Positions 18,505-35,439 of a DNA stretch of 64,000 nt are shown piece after piece. Positions within the stretch are counted from its first letter, which is position 1; every line of letters starts with the position of its first letter. Position numbers and translations under genes: made by a program. Origin of the DNA: Tubulanus polymorphus (taxonomy: Eukaryota > Animalia > Nemertea); contig NC_134025.1 in NCBI RefSeq assembly GCF_964204645.1, positions 2,790,001 through 2,854,000 of the forward strand, in the 5' to 3' direction. The notes below the pieces were generated by a model. That model made no database searches. It was not told where the DNA came from and saw only the letters and a list, made by a program, of their open reading frames with translations.

Positions 18505-18993
18505 GATAACTGTTTGCGACACCCGCGTGAACTAAGAATATAGTAGTGGCTAAGGCTATCAAGATCGTGTTCTAGGCATTACGAGAACGAGGCCTATATG
18601 GCGCATTGCCGCTCCATTTCGATGACTTGTATTTGTATTGTCACTTGTGTATTCGCCGATAAGAATGCCGCTTGGACATTTTATATTAGCACAAAGGAAG
18701 GGATTTCAACGAGCTATTTAAAAATCCATAGTTCATGCGGGTCATTCTTTCCACTACGAAAGCGTATTCTCTTCCCTTCATTTTCAATGCTTTATCAATC
18801 AACCTATTATACTCTTCAAAAACAACAAGAATTCGATGGCGCGCGCGGCAGCGAAAATGAATACAAAAAATATACGTCAAAAATCTTTTGATAATTGTTT
18901 ATAATCTTTTTTTTGGGTATTTTTCAACACAGCAAGTAAACAATATGTACAACAAGAATATCAGGTATGTATATGACTTCCGACTCAGACTCA

Positions 18994-20832
18994 TTATCGC
19001 AGCATTACTTTGATAAATTCTGAAATGAAAAATGAACATAATAAGTGAACCGTCGGTAATACTATAGATAAAACTGACTATAAATGCAATTGAAAAAAGT
19101 GCCTACCGTTATAATCGAGTTGACCATCACCATTGAGATCCGCTTTTTGCATCAAATTTTCAGCCTCCTCTTTCGTTAACGGCTCTCCCAATTTCGTCAT
19201 TATATCAACCAGTTCTTGTTTGCTAATGAACCCGTTTCCATCTTTATCGAACGTTTTAAAAGCTTCGCGCATCGATAACTCGGGATCACCTTTCGAGCCA
19301 TAGTTCAACATCAACGATATGAATTCACCGAACTCAATTGTTCCATTTCCTAAAAGTTTCGGAACCGATGAAAATCAACTGTAACCAAGTTTGGCAATAA
19401 TAAAAAGTTCTAGCGCGCACAGCAAGAAAAAAAGCGAAACACGAAACAGATTTTGGTCGTCTATGTGTTTTGATGAATCGGCTTCCCGCCATTGCACGCA
19501 TCAAACAGCGAAACAAACACAGCCACAGCCCTTTTTGACCAGTCTGCGATCGTGTTTCGGGCACACTGCCACGAAACAAGTAAAAAAAAAAAACTTTCTG
19601 TTTTGTGTTTTGGGTTTATTCATTGCTGGCTAGTTTTTACCGTTCACATCCACCTCTTCAATCATCGTCTTAATTTCGGCTTCCGATGGATTCTTTCCAA
19701 GCGCTCGCATTGATATTCCCAATTCCTCAACGCTTATGTGCCCATTGCCGTCTTTATCGAAAAAATGGAATGCTTCTCTATAATCTGAAATAGTCAATCG
19801 ATTAGGCAATATTTATCATTACTCAGTAGTTATCAATGTATATGAACATCATTGTTCGCTTTTTACGGCGTCAATAATAGAAGCGCGGTAAATGATGGAC
19901 CTCGCGGAATCCTCGCTTACCACAGTAGCAGTGTATTTGGCATTTTTGAGAGTTTTCATTATCACTGATTCTAACCAGTGTTATATTCTAAATGATTACC
20001 TGCTAATTGCTCTTCAGAAAGTGCATCCAGCTGAAAATAAACAAGTAAATGCGGTACTAATGATAAACTCAATTCAATTCAACGAAATACTCCAATCTAA
20101 TCGACCCTCAGGCGCCTTAGGAATGATATTATATTTTTGCATGTCCATGAAATAACAAATGTCTTTTTTGTTTAGCAATCAATTCTGGTCAAGGAAATAA
20201 AAGCGATTTTTCCGTCGTTTCACTTCTTGAAACACAACGTGACCGATTAATGATTTTTCACAATTAAACTATTCACAAACGGCATACATACATCCAGTGT
20301 ATTTATTTACTAAGTTTTACGAATGCCAAATATAAATACTTCATTTACTAAGCCACTTCTGCATAGGGCATAATTTGGTTCCAAAGTAATATCAGTGTAC
20401 CCAGGGCAACCGACATAAAGCTTCTTAAAGTTTCACTAGTATAGTGTTATCATGGCTATTCGAATGTCAAGTCGTTCCGTGGTGAAACGGGCTACATATT
20501 GTAATTTTGAAAAATGGTTTTGAATAGTTAGACCGCGGTCTCAACTGAACCTAGCCTATTATCGTCTTTATCCGACGTCTCTCGTCTCCGTGAACCCGGG
20601 CTGCATCGATCACTTATAGAAATGGTTGTTTATAAGTACGCCGTGTCTTAGAATATTGATACATGCGCAGGTTAATGACCCGTAGCTACATTGAATACAC
20701 CGCGTATATGACGACAGAAATCACCAGTTATATTCATTAACTGATTTATTGTTCTACTTATGGAGTATTCAGATGACTGTACGTTCTTACCCCCGATATA
20801 ATCATCGTAGTGTGTTCATTCACTGTCGTCAT
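18994..20832 (-). CDS. Divergent calmodulin-like protein D (161 aa, N-terminal extension)
   Basis: Exons 20832-20791 ([14 protein letters not shown]), 20030-20000, 19784-19641, 19349-19107, 19019-18994. EF loops [48 protein letters not shown]. Likely non-coding first exon ending at 21127. The first coding exon is less certain than the rest. Confidence 0.85.
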
Positions 20833-21765
20833 GGTTTTCTGAAAAAAAAATCGTCGCAGAAATGGTGTAAATAATTATTCCATATATTGAAAAATAGTGC
20901 GTATAATATAGAATTACCAAAACCGTATTCGAAACGTAGAGTGACCGATCGCTATGCGAACGGAGAATGCATAGGCCTACAAAACATCCTCTCAACGTGG
21001 AGGAAAAATTCCCTTTACCTTTTTTTATAAGATGATATATGCATATCCAGTAATCCAAATATTCAGTCAATGAAATGAAACAATAAACAAGTCATACTTG
21101 TATTTTTCAATGTTGTTCGTACTCACCTTTTAAAAGCGTACACACAATAATCTGAAGTACTCTCCGCAATTACGTCGACCGAAATTAAAGATAAAATATT
21201 TAAACGTCCTCACGATAATCACTTTTAAATAGACCTGGTTGAATTACTGTTCATGGTTCGCTAATGGTACGTGATTTCTGTAAAAGTAATTTGACCGCGC
21301 GATCCTCACAAAAGCCTCGCTGTAATGATTAATAACGGCTCGGCTGCACTCGACCAAACCAAAAATCTCCCGCGTCGTTTTAACGGTAAATACACGACGC
21401 GGCGGCTGTCATACGAAAGTAAGAATGTTGCTCACTTCAAAAACTATAACCATGTTCTATTTTTTTTGTTCTGAATACGAAAAACCGTGTCGTTGACCTC
21501 AGCTATCACATTTTCGTTTAGGTCACACTTACTAATGCTAAACGATATTTTGATAATTGATATAGAGCTGATCAAAATCCTTTTCCATTTTGCCATCTTC
21601 GTACAAAAAAAAAACATAAAAGTAATTCTTCACTTAAATATATTTCTAGAACAGAAAATAATTATTCATTTATTCATGAAGCTATTCACATACGATGCTT
21701 GCTTCACCGTCTTATGGCAGTTATGACGGCGTTTTTTTCTAGGTTGTAGGACATTATCGATCGTA

Positions 21766-22548
<783 letters not shown>

Positions 22549-23090
22549 TTTTGGATGTTTATCACCGGATGTTTGTTCGAAAGTGATGATCAATACGAAA
22601 TCGACAATTTTCTATATAGATCACATGTTTCAATATCGGTCGTAAAGACGTGAAGCATATGGTGGTACTAATGTTTGACAACACCGAGCTATTGTTCGGC
22701 AAATTTGCAGTTTTAGACCGTTCATCTGTTACTGGTTTTAATGTATATAAATTGAATGGAAAATTTGATAAATTGAATTCGATAATTGTAGCAGTGATAG
22801 AATGACAGTTTGTTCAGGCGTCGATCAGATATCGAATACCGCGCATGCGTATTAGAGAAAGTCATACGCAAAACCATTTTCTTTCCTCTAATCATATGCC
22901 AGCTGACTCGAAACAATTAAATAATTTACTGTGAAAATGAAAACGGATTTCTTTTTTTTATCGAAAACACGTTTATTGTATATGAGAAATAACAATTAAA
23001 TTATATGGGTTGTTACAAAGTAAAGATAACTTATAAAGGAAAAATTACTGTATAAATGTTGTGATGAAAATGCGGAAACTGCAGGAGGTC

Positions 23091-25928
<2,838 letters not shown>

Positions 25929-26707
25929 GGCTCGAAGACACCACACAACCAATGTTTCCTTTCCAAATACCTCCAGTTGCGGTAGTGCTGTATCGATGAA
26001 GTGTTAAGACATGTATGAAACGGCTGTGAAGATGCACTAGCATCAGTAATTCGTTTGTAGTACCACTTCTATTATTACTCGCAAGTATTCATAACTAATA
26101 TTGAAACATACCTGCACGTGGTATCCGTTACATTTTGAAGTATATACGTTTGGCGATGGTGTTGAAAGTTAGTGCGGGGCTTTTCGTGATGATATTTGAA
26201 ATCCACGTGTAACCAATAAATCATTGAAAAATAATGAATATCATAATAATGAAATGATAATAATCTGATATGATAAATATACAATTTTTCAATTTTAGTC
26301 GCAACCGTTTTCAGTGAAAGTCATTATAATCAATTCTTATTACGATGTTAAACATTTACGTAAAGTGATATAATTCACTTAGCTGTGGCCATGATTAATC
26401 TTGATTAACGAGACCATACCACCTCGTGCTGTGTGTGTTACCGTACCTTAACCAACTTGATACGATGTGTATATTATCAGATTTATAAAATGTGTTGTTT
26501 CACATATGTAATATATAAATATCATACTATATTCAAATTCTATGCAATGAAGGCCCGAGGTTTTTTTTTAAATTTTTCATATTGATCAGCAGTTACTGTT
26601 CAAACAATTCTGAACAGTAAACTGATATTCGATTTTAACGCGAGTGAGTTAACAGAAGTCCTTGTCATCTATTTCACTTGAAGAGTAGAGCTCTAGTACC
26701 GGTGCGA

Positions 26708-26863
26708 TGACGTCATGAAATCTTGTAAAATCTAGGATAAAAACATTTTAATACTTCACCAGCATGTTAACATCAAATACCGATATACCGATTATGACGT
26801 GTTTTCCGTTCGTTTGATCTACCAAAACTTTTGATGAAATAATCATATGGTACCATGACGTCA
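26708..26863. promoter_or_regulatory. Pair of perfect CRE palindromes (TGACGTCA) in the divergent CaM-F / CaM-G interval
   Basis: TGACGTCA at 26708-26715 and 26856-26863; function is inferred. Confidence 0.4.
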
Positions 26864-28582
26864 AGTACAAGAGCTTCAAGTCGACGATTCGGCGCTTGGT
26901 GACATCATTGCCGCTGACGCCATCTTTCCAACCTGGATAATGGACCGCCTCCGCCACGACCCTCCAACAAAATTCGATATTCGATGATAGAAATAGCGAT
27001 TGATAATTGGCTACCACTGAAACTAACATAAGCGTAAAAATAAGATGGAGTCTTTCATCAACTCGGGTTTGTATTGAGAAATCGATAGACATGTCGTATT
27101 ACGCATGGAACACTATTGTTTTTCTCTCATGCTCATTACTTCTTGGTACGGTTTCATTTGACAGGAAAACATTAGTAAGAGCTACATTAAACGAATCGAT
27201 AGGCGCCTTCTCGGGGCAAAGGTACGGGGGAGTGCATTTTATAGGGTTATAGCATGTAGACATATCCACAATTACCACTTGAGTTTATAGACGAACGATG
27301 CAATGAATAAAACACATTCGATACCACCGCCTACAACCAATTCAAATAGCAGATCACATTTGACAAGTTGCAGAGTTTATAACCAATGGACTACGTAGTT
27401 GTTTGTGTTTGTGATTAAGACAGGAGTTCCGACCGCCGCCTTTTAAAGAAATCAGAACGAAACACGATTACGAGGTAAGATATTCTAACTAATGGATAAC
27501 ATCTGTATTCGTTGGTCATTGTTACGTGTTCGGCGTCGAAATGATTCGATTCACAAGCCAGTATTGATGTAGTAGTGTGAAACATCTCAATTAACATCGC
27601 ATTCAACTAAAAGAATTTTTAAAACCTTCATTTTCTTATTTACCGGTATGTGTTAAATGATTTTCAGATGAATAAAAAACTATGAATAGGCCTACATGAC
27701 ATCAGTCACTTCAACAAACTTAACAAATACTCACAAATTGTGTCACTTTTGCACCTTGCTCCACAGATCTAAGTTATATATAACTGAATAATAAATAGAT
27801 TAATTGCAACTCATGAAAATCGTCCTGATCAATAACATAAAATTTTCATCTAATTCACTTCCCGCAACTCTACAGCGAATAAAGTTGATAGGAATATCTA
27901 CAGATCTGAGATAGGATTAGCGATGTGTTTGAGGATACCATGAGTGGACATTGATCATCGTGTATCTACAACTACTCTACCTCATTTGTACATAACTCCA
28001 TGGGAATCCTCTAATTGGGAATATATTCGCAATTAGAACGGACTGCCTACCATCATATCCACACATCATCGAAAATCGATCAAAACAGTACTAGAAAATA
28101 ATTTATAGCCGTTAACATATATATACACGTTTTCTGTAACTAATGAAATATTCATGTGAGTAGGTGACATATACAATTCTAGTCAATCATATTATACTCT
28201 GCCGACAACTACGAAACAAATACTGGCATATAACTTGTTTCAAGACTGAGGATCTTCATACTTAAATATGTGTAACGAGAATTTGATGTTCATCATTAAT
28301 TGAAAAAAAATCAATCCAATCAATTTTGCATGGTTGTGTTTGTATAAGAAGCGTACGTTGCTATGATCGGATGACTGTTTCCCTACTCAGAACCGGAAGT
28401 AAGAACTGCCTCCTCTCTAAGCGAGCATGTGCTTTTGTCACCTACTTGTACATGGAGCCAATATAAACATACGCAGTTCCACATTTTTTTTCTTTCAGAC
28501 AATTGACCAAATTGGATCTGATCATTCCCGGTTATATTGAACCGACCGGTCTTCTATAACCATATGCTCTGGTCTTTTTCAG

Positions 28583-29613
<1,031 letters not shown>

Positions 29614-30169
29614 CGAAATGCTGATGATTGCGATGACCTAAAGGTCGTTTTCAATATGAATTTATCTTTGCTCTTTATTCGACGGGATATTGTAATGAAA
29701 AGAGATACAGCGGTAACGCGTAAGAGAATCAACATCATCTAACGGCAGCAGCGTCGATGAAATAATTCAGAGGTTATTGATTACTATTACTATGCAACCT
29801 GGTATCATTTACGTCATTTATCAATCTACGTCTTTAATTACCTCGTTGCTTATTATATCATTGATTGGATCGCGTTCTTACAACCCCGCTGTCGATCGGG
29901 GTTTTTTTTTCTGGAGTCGTTGGTGTAAAAACGTTAATGTGTGTGGATTCATCATATTGTGTGGTCTTTTCCCATCGTTTTATCACTATCATTTAACTCA
30001 AACGAATATTTCTTTGTTAAGAACGAATAAATTGATATTTCTACTCGATAGTATTATGACGTAGTGAATTTTGGTTTATCAAGGCGTTGCCATAGGATTC
30101 AAATACCATAGTTACAAATATTGAAAGAATAACAAAAACGAGTTACTTTGATAATGATGTTTAGCTGAT

Positions 30170-31579
30170 ATGGAAACGTTACGAGACGATGCATTAGAAT
30201 GGATCATAACTGAAATTAATCTAGTTGATAGAATATCAGCAATCAGCGATGAAAATGCGGTTGTTCTTCTATTTCTGACTCATCATACGTCAACGAATGG
30301 AAATAATTTGGCTGTAACCGGTTCATGTCCAGCTTTGGGAAGTTGGCAAATTGGCGAAGTTTGTAAAGCGAATAAAGTCACCGATTCCGGGGGCTGGTTT
30401 TATATTTGTGTTCCGTTCCCGATTCAGAGCAGATTTCACTGGAAATGGTTGGTTATTGATGGTGATTGTAAATTCGTCCAAGAAGAACGCATAACAAGAT
30501 ATTCCGCTGTCAATCTGGGTCATCAGATACTTTTATCAGAATGGAACGGCGCTTGTCTTCCTATACCTTATCCCCTTCAAGGTAACAACCTTCATTCAAT
30601 TCATTCCGCTTTATCAACAGTCATCAAGCTCTATTCCGCCGCATTAACCAAGTAACAGCCGCTCAAATAGATATATATTTCATTAGATATAGAAACGCCG
30701 GCATTTTCCGTTCCGTCGGAGAATTTTTCAATCAGGACGAACGTTTCGGTAGATGGCGCAAGTAGAATATCCGTTAAAGTACTGACGTCTGAAAATACTC
30801 GATCGTATCCTCAAATAGTAGACAATCATTCACAGACTGACGTTCACGATCTTCAGGGCACAATCAAAACAAATTCTCCTTGTTCTAGTAGAAGTTACAC
30901 GTACCATATTGAACCGAGTATTTGTATGAAGCCCCCGAATCTTATGTGGATTCCTAATGTTCGTATGTCATATAGTTCAAGTGAAGAGACTTCATCGACA
31001 AAACCAACAGAAACCGGCAAGAAAAAACTATCCAACGAAGACAAAACAACCTGTAACGATTTTGGCACATCATCCAGCTCACGGATGGTAATCAAAAAAA
31101 AGGTTTCCGGTAACATTACAACAAATAGGGGTCAATCCACATCAAATTGTGCCTCAGTTGACACTGTAAAAAATTCAGGCCCAAGTACTGCGCACGACGC
31201 CGTATATGGAAAACTATCGGAAGGAGCAGTTTTAGCAGGAACTTGGCAGTCACGAGTTCAAGTGCCTAATCTACCGTCAACAACGGTTTCTTCGGTCGAT
31301 ATACAACATATTTCCGACAGAAAAGACGATCTCTTAGTTACTTGCCACGTCATTGTAACGACAACGCAATCTCCAAGCGGTGGAGACCAATTCGGCGAAA
31401 TAGACCTCCATAAAACCCTCTCGGAACTAGCCCTGGCACTGAACCATCCATCCTGCAGTCAGTACAACACACTTACTGATAGATTGTGTAATTTTACGCA
31501 TAGATTTTTACGACTGAAATATATTTGGAAAAATTTCATACGACGCGTCAGATGCACCCTGAAAATACACCCAAAATAA
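30170..31579 (+). CDS. CBM20 (starch/glycogen-binding) domain protein with a long Ser/Thr-rich tail (2 exons, 434 aa)
   Basis: Exons 30170-30581 and 30687-31579 join in frame (phase 1). CBM20-like motif GNNLAVTGSCPALGSW...W...F.WKWLV...E...R; no catalytic domain evident. Confidence 0.72.
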
Positions 31580-31685
31580 ACTGGAAACGTTGTTTATGAA
31601 TATATCATACAAGTTATTTAATAGGGAAGAATTTGGTATCAATTAATAAAAATTCATATCGACAAAATGTATATGAGTTTTCCTT

Positions 31686-32497
31686 CTACTTGCTGTGCAT
31701 CATTCGCACGAATTCTGAAATGGAAGACAAAAATATCCATCAAATTGATTTCAGAGCGTGATACTCGCTTTAGTTCTTAATGGATGTCCTTATACCTTCA
31801 AAATTCACCATACCATCGCCATCTACATCTGCTTCCTTAATCATCTCATCGACCTCGTCGTCTGTCAGGTTTTCGCCGAGATTCGTCATCACGTGACGGA
31901 GTTCAGCCGCTGTAATGTAACCGTTACCGTCTTTATCGAAAACTCTAAATGCCTCCTTTATTTCATCTTCTTCGTCGTGCTCTTTCAGCTTGCGAGACAT
32001 CATCGATAAAAATTCAGAGAAATCTATTGTTCCATTTCCTGTTACAAAGAACGTTTCATTTAAATATATGTAGATAGACTATTTACCAAATCGGCTGTTA
32101 TCAGTCTAGGCAATGGCGTTACCATCAACATCTACTTCGTTGATCATATCCTGAAGTTCGGCCTCAGTTGGATTCTGGCCTAAAGACCTCATAACCGTCC
32201 CCAATTCTTTCGTTGTGATGAAGCCATCGCCGTCTTTGTCAAATAAACAAAAGGCTTCTTTAAATTCTGTAATCGTAAAGAAAATGACTTTATTTATTCG
32301 TTGTAGACAACTGTATGAAATAGATAACACTACACATAAACTGGGCGTACCTGCAATTTGTTCTTCGGTGAGTTGATCTCCCTAAAAAAAAATGTATATC
32401 AGTATTCAAACAATATTGACTCGGAATGGACACTTCAAGGTAAAGAATAGCTGCTTTCAGTATCTATTATCAATTTGCAAATATTCAAACCTACCAT
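31686..32497 (-). CDS. Calmodulin-like protein H (149 aa)
   Basis: Exons 32497-32495 (ATG), 32381-32351, 32266-32123, 32038-31796, 31714-31686. [20 protein letters not shown]...[18 protein letters not shown]...LGENLTDD...EFVRMMHSK. Confidence 0.92.
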
Positions 32498-33109
32498 TTT
32501 CGGTATTTTCCTATGTAAAGCCTATCCGTAATATGACTGTCAATCGTTTTTTTCACTTTAAATAGACCTTCCAGTATTATAGCCCGATACTAAAACTCCA
32601 ACTAGGTGCAAACACACATACCACACACGTATGCATGTATTTTTTTCATGTTCTAAAAGAATTTTGTTCTAGTATTATTGAAAGGACAATCTATACCGCC
32701 ATACAGGTTTATACAAACGAAAAGTTTCACTTAAACACAAGTTGTCTATTCAAACGTACCAGTTCTGCTGTAAAACCCGGACAATGAACTATTACAGCCA
32801 TTTTTTTATTACAGACAGCAAAAGCAGGTTGGTATTGTCAGGGGTGGTTTATATGTGTCTATTCATCGAGGTAGTGTCGAAAAGCAATGGATTATCATCT
32901 CGTCAGGTCACTTTCTGTTGACATAAGTGTATTGTACTCCTGATTGTACTGCCGGAGTCGTGTGATACATGAGAAAAAGTGAATCGACCAAAAATCATAA
33001 ACAATGAAATTGACACAGATAATAAGAATAACATATTCTATAATTCTAGAAATATGAGGTATAAAGTATAATACATGTAATAATGTCGCCGCAGTTATCT
33101 GGTATATAT

Positions 33110-34107
33110 TCATGTTTTGCGAGATTTCGTCGATTTCGACGATTTCGATGATTTCGACGATTTGAATACTCCAGTCCCTTTCATCATCACACAGAACTCT
33201 GAAACGAAAAAATATATACGTGTTATATTTTACCCTCTTGAAATGTATATCTAGAATAAACATGTTGTTATTTTTGGCATGAAATAAGGGATGTAAACGT
33301 AATACAATAAGTAAGGATTTGTGAAATGCACCTTCTTTATTAATGAATCCATCTTTGTCAATATCTGCGCAATCTAGCATTAACTTGACTTCGTCATCTG
33401 TGAGTTTTTCGCCAATTTGTTTCATGACATATTTCAATTCTGCAGCGCAGATTTTACCGTTCCCATCTCTGTCGAATATTTTGAAAGCGGCATTTAATTC
33501 AGCATCTGGATCTGGATGTTTGTTTTGGATGTCTTCTAACATTTTCACAAACTCGTTGAATTCGATTTTCCCGTTTCCTGACATTTAATGGAGGGATTGA
33601 TTACAAAAACGTATAGTACAATTTGACGAGGAAGTTCAATATTTTCCGGTCTATTCTTTATCTTACCGTCGATATCATACGCATCTAAAGAAGCTTTGAT
33701 ATCGGCTATAGTTGGATTCATTCCCAATGACTGCATTACAGTACGGAGTTCATATGCATTGACGTGACCGTCACCATTTCTATCAAACATTTCAAAAGCT
33801 TCTCTCATACAATCTATGAATAAAACCAGACACATTTTCAGTGATAAGACACAACACCAACAATTCTAATCTTTAAAAGAAGTTATTACTGACCACTATC
33901 ATCGTCCGGGATAGCCTATAAATATAGAAATACAATTCAATTCAATTCATCAACTAATAAATCCAACCTTATCAACATGTTTGTCTATACAAATACGATC
34001 ATGAGATACTTTCTGTACACAAGATCTATACGCAACATCTGCTAAATATCAAAGCGTAAAAAACTTTTCTAGACTCGAATTTAAATTGTTTATGAGATTC
34101 TCACCAT
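33110..34107 (-). CDS. Divergent calmodulin-like protein I with a basic Lys/Ser C-terminal tail (168 aa)
   Basis: Exons 34107-34105 (ATG), 33915-33894, 33813-33667, 33577-33332, 33198-33110. EF loops [48 protein letters not shown]; ends [29 protein letters not shown]. Confidence 0.87.
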
Positions 34108-35439
34108 TTTCCAACGAATGTATACACGTAGTGGCGACCGGTATCCTGGTGACGTGCAATGCGGTTTCAAATTCGATATTCAAAAATATTCAATTCATTG
34201 CTTCGTGAATATAGAACATACGCTGAATATGTACAACCAGTTTTTCTTTACAACCGTGCCATATTCAAACAGGTTTTGAATTTTTCCCACTTCATATATT
34301 AACTATTCTAAGGTTTGAACCCACACAGATACAAGATGCTTTATTTGATGCTGGACACAAATTGTTACTACGTGGTTTCAACTATGATATGCCCTTCCTG
34401 TGGACACACCCGACACACTATATCGAATCAAGTCGGCTTGAAAGCATGCGCCTATTTGGAATGGGAACTAACAAAAAAGTGAATGAGTGAATCATTTCAA
34501 AGTTCATGCTCAGATTTTCTTTAGGCCGGCGCCAGGGCTGACCTTCGTCGATGAGTGAACGAATCCCGATCCCCCTAAATAGATATGGGCTTGAAATATC
34601 TGATTCCTCTGTGATAGACGAAAAATTCGAAGTCACTAGAATATTTGTAATTTACAAACGTTAAACTAACTTTAAAATCGCATTCTATTTAGCGGGTATT
34701 TGACCTTATTCTTCGAATCTACGTAATTTCTTAGCAATGTATACACACGTAAATATCGAGGATATTTACAAACACTATCTTAGAATTAGGTACCCTTGAA
34801 CCTGATAATGCGCGAATGCTTTACGCTTCACGAGAATAACATCGGATGATTCCTAGAAATAGCCGTTGGAAATTGATTGGATCGTAGATATCGCCTGCTT
34901 TTCACCTGAACACGCCCTTCCGTGATTCATGCGTATAGATTTGTAAAGAAATTCGAAAAACTTCTCCCCAGAATTCGTTTAAAATTCCATCAGTTCCTAT
35001 TAAACGCCTCATTTCATTATTTAGCATTAGTCTCATACGCATTTTGGACAATTAGATTTCAAAACAAATTGCTCGAAGGTCAAGCACATGAGGCTAGTGT
35101 ACATACACACATGCAAATGCCCGGTCATAACATTGAATATTCATGAATCTAACATCGTTCGATTGAAACTCCACGATTTTCTTCACGAATTCTTATCTAC
35201 TTAAAGTGTTATATTTAGAACGCAAAAGATCATCGTTATGTTTTGATATCGCGCGTTCGGATACGTCACGAAACTATTGACCAATCGAGAGAGTTATAAG
35301 CACAAGATAAACTTCCAAGTGTTATATTTCCCCTAAGAGTTCTATCTTTCACAGCCAGTATCGAGAATTCTTTCGAATTCGAAACAACATTTAAAAAACT
35401 AAGGATTTATCACTGAGTTCACGAGGCAGAGAAGCCAAG

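Noticed and set aside
32351-32497. N-myristoylation of CaM-H (starts MG)
   Set aside because: MGDQLT has an acidic residue after Gly2, which is disfavoured; no other support.
32895-33331. Hydrophobic C-terminal extension of the 229-aa ORF suggesting a membrane-anchored CaM
   Set aside because: The ORF reads through an intron; a conserved-position donor at 33331 and the terminal exon 33198-33110 explain the gene.
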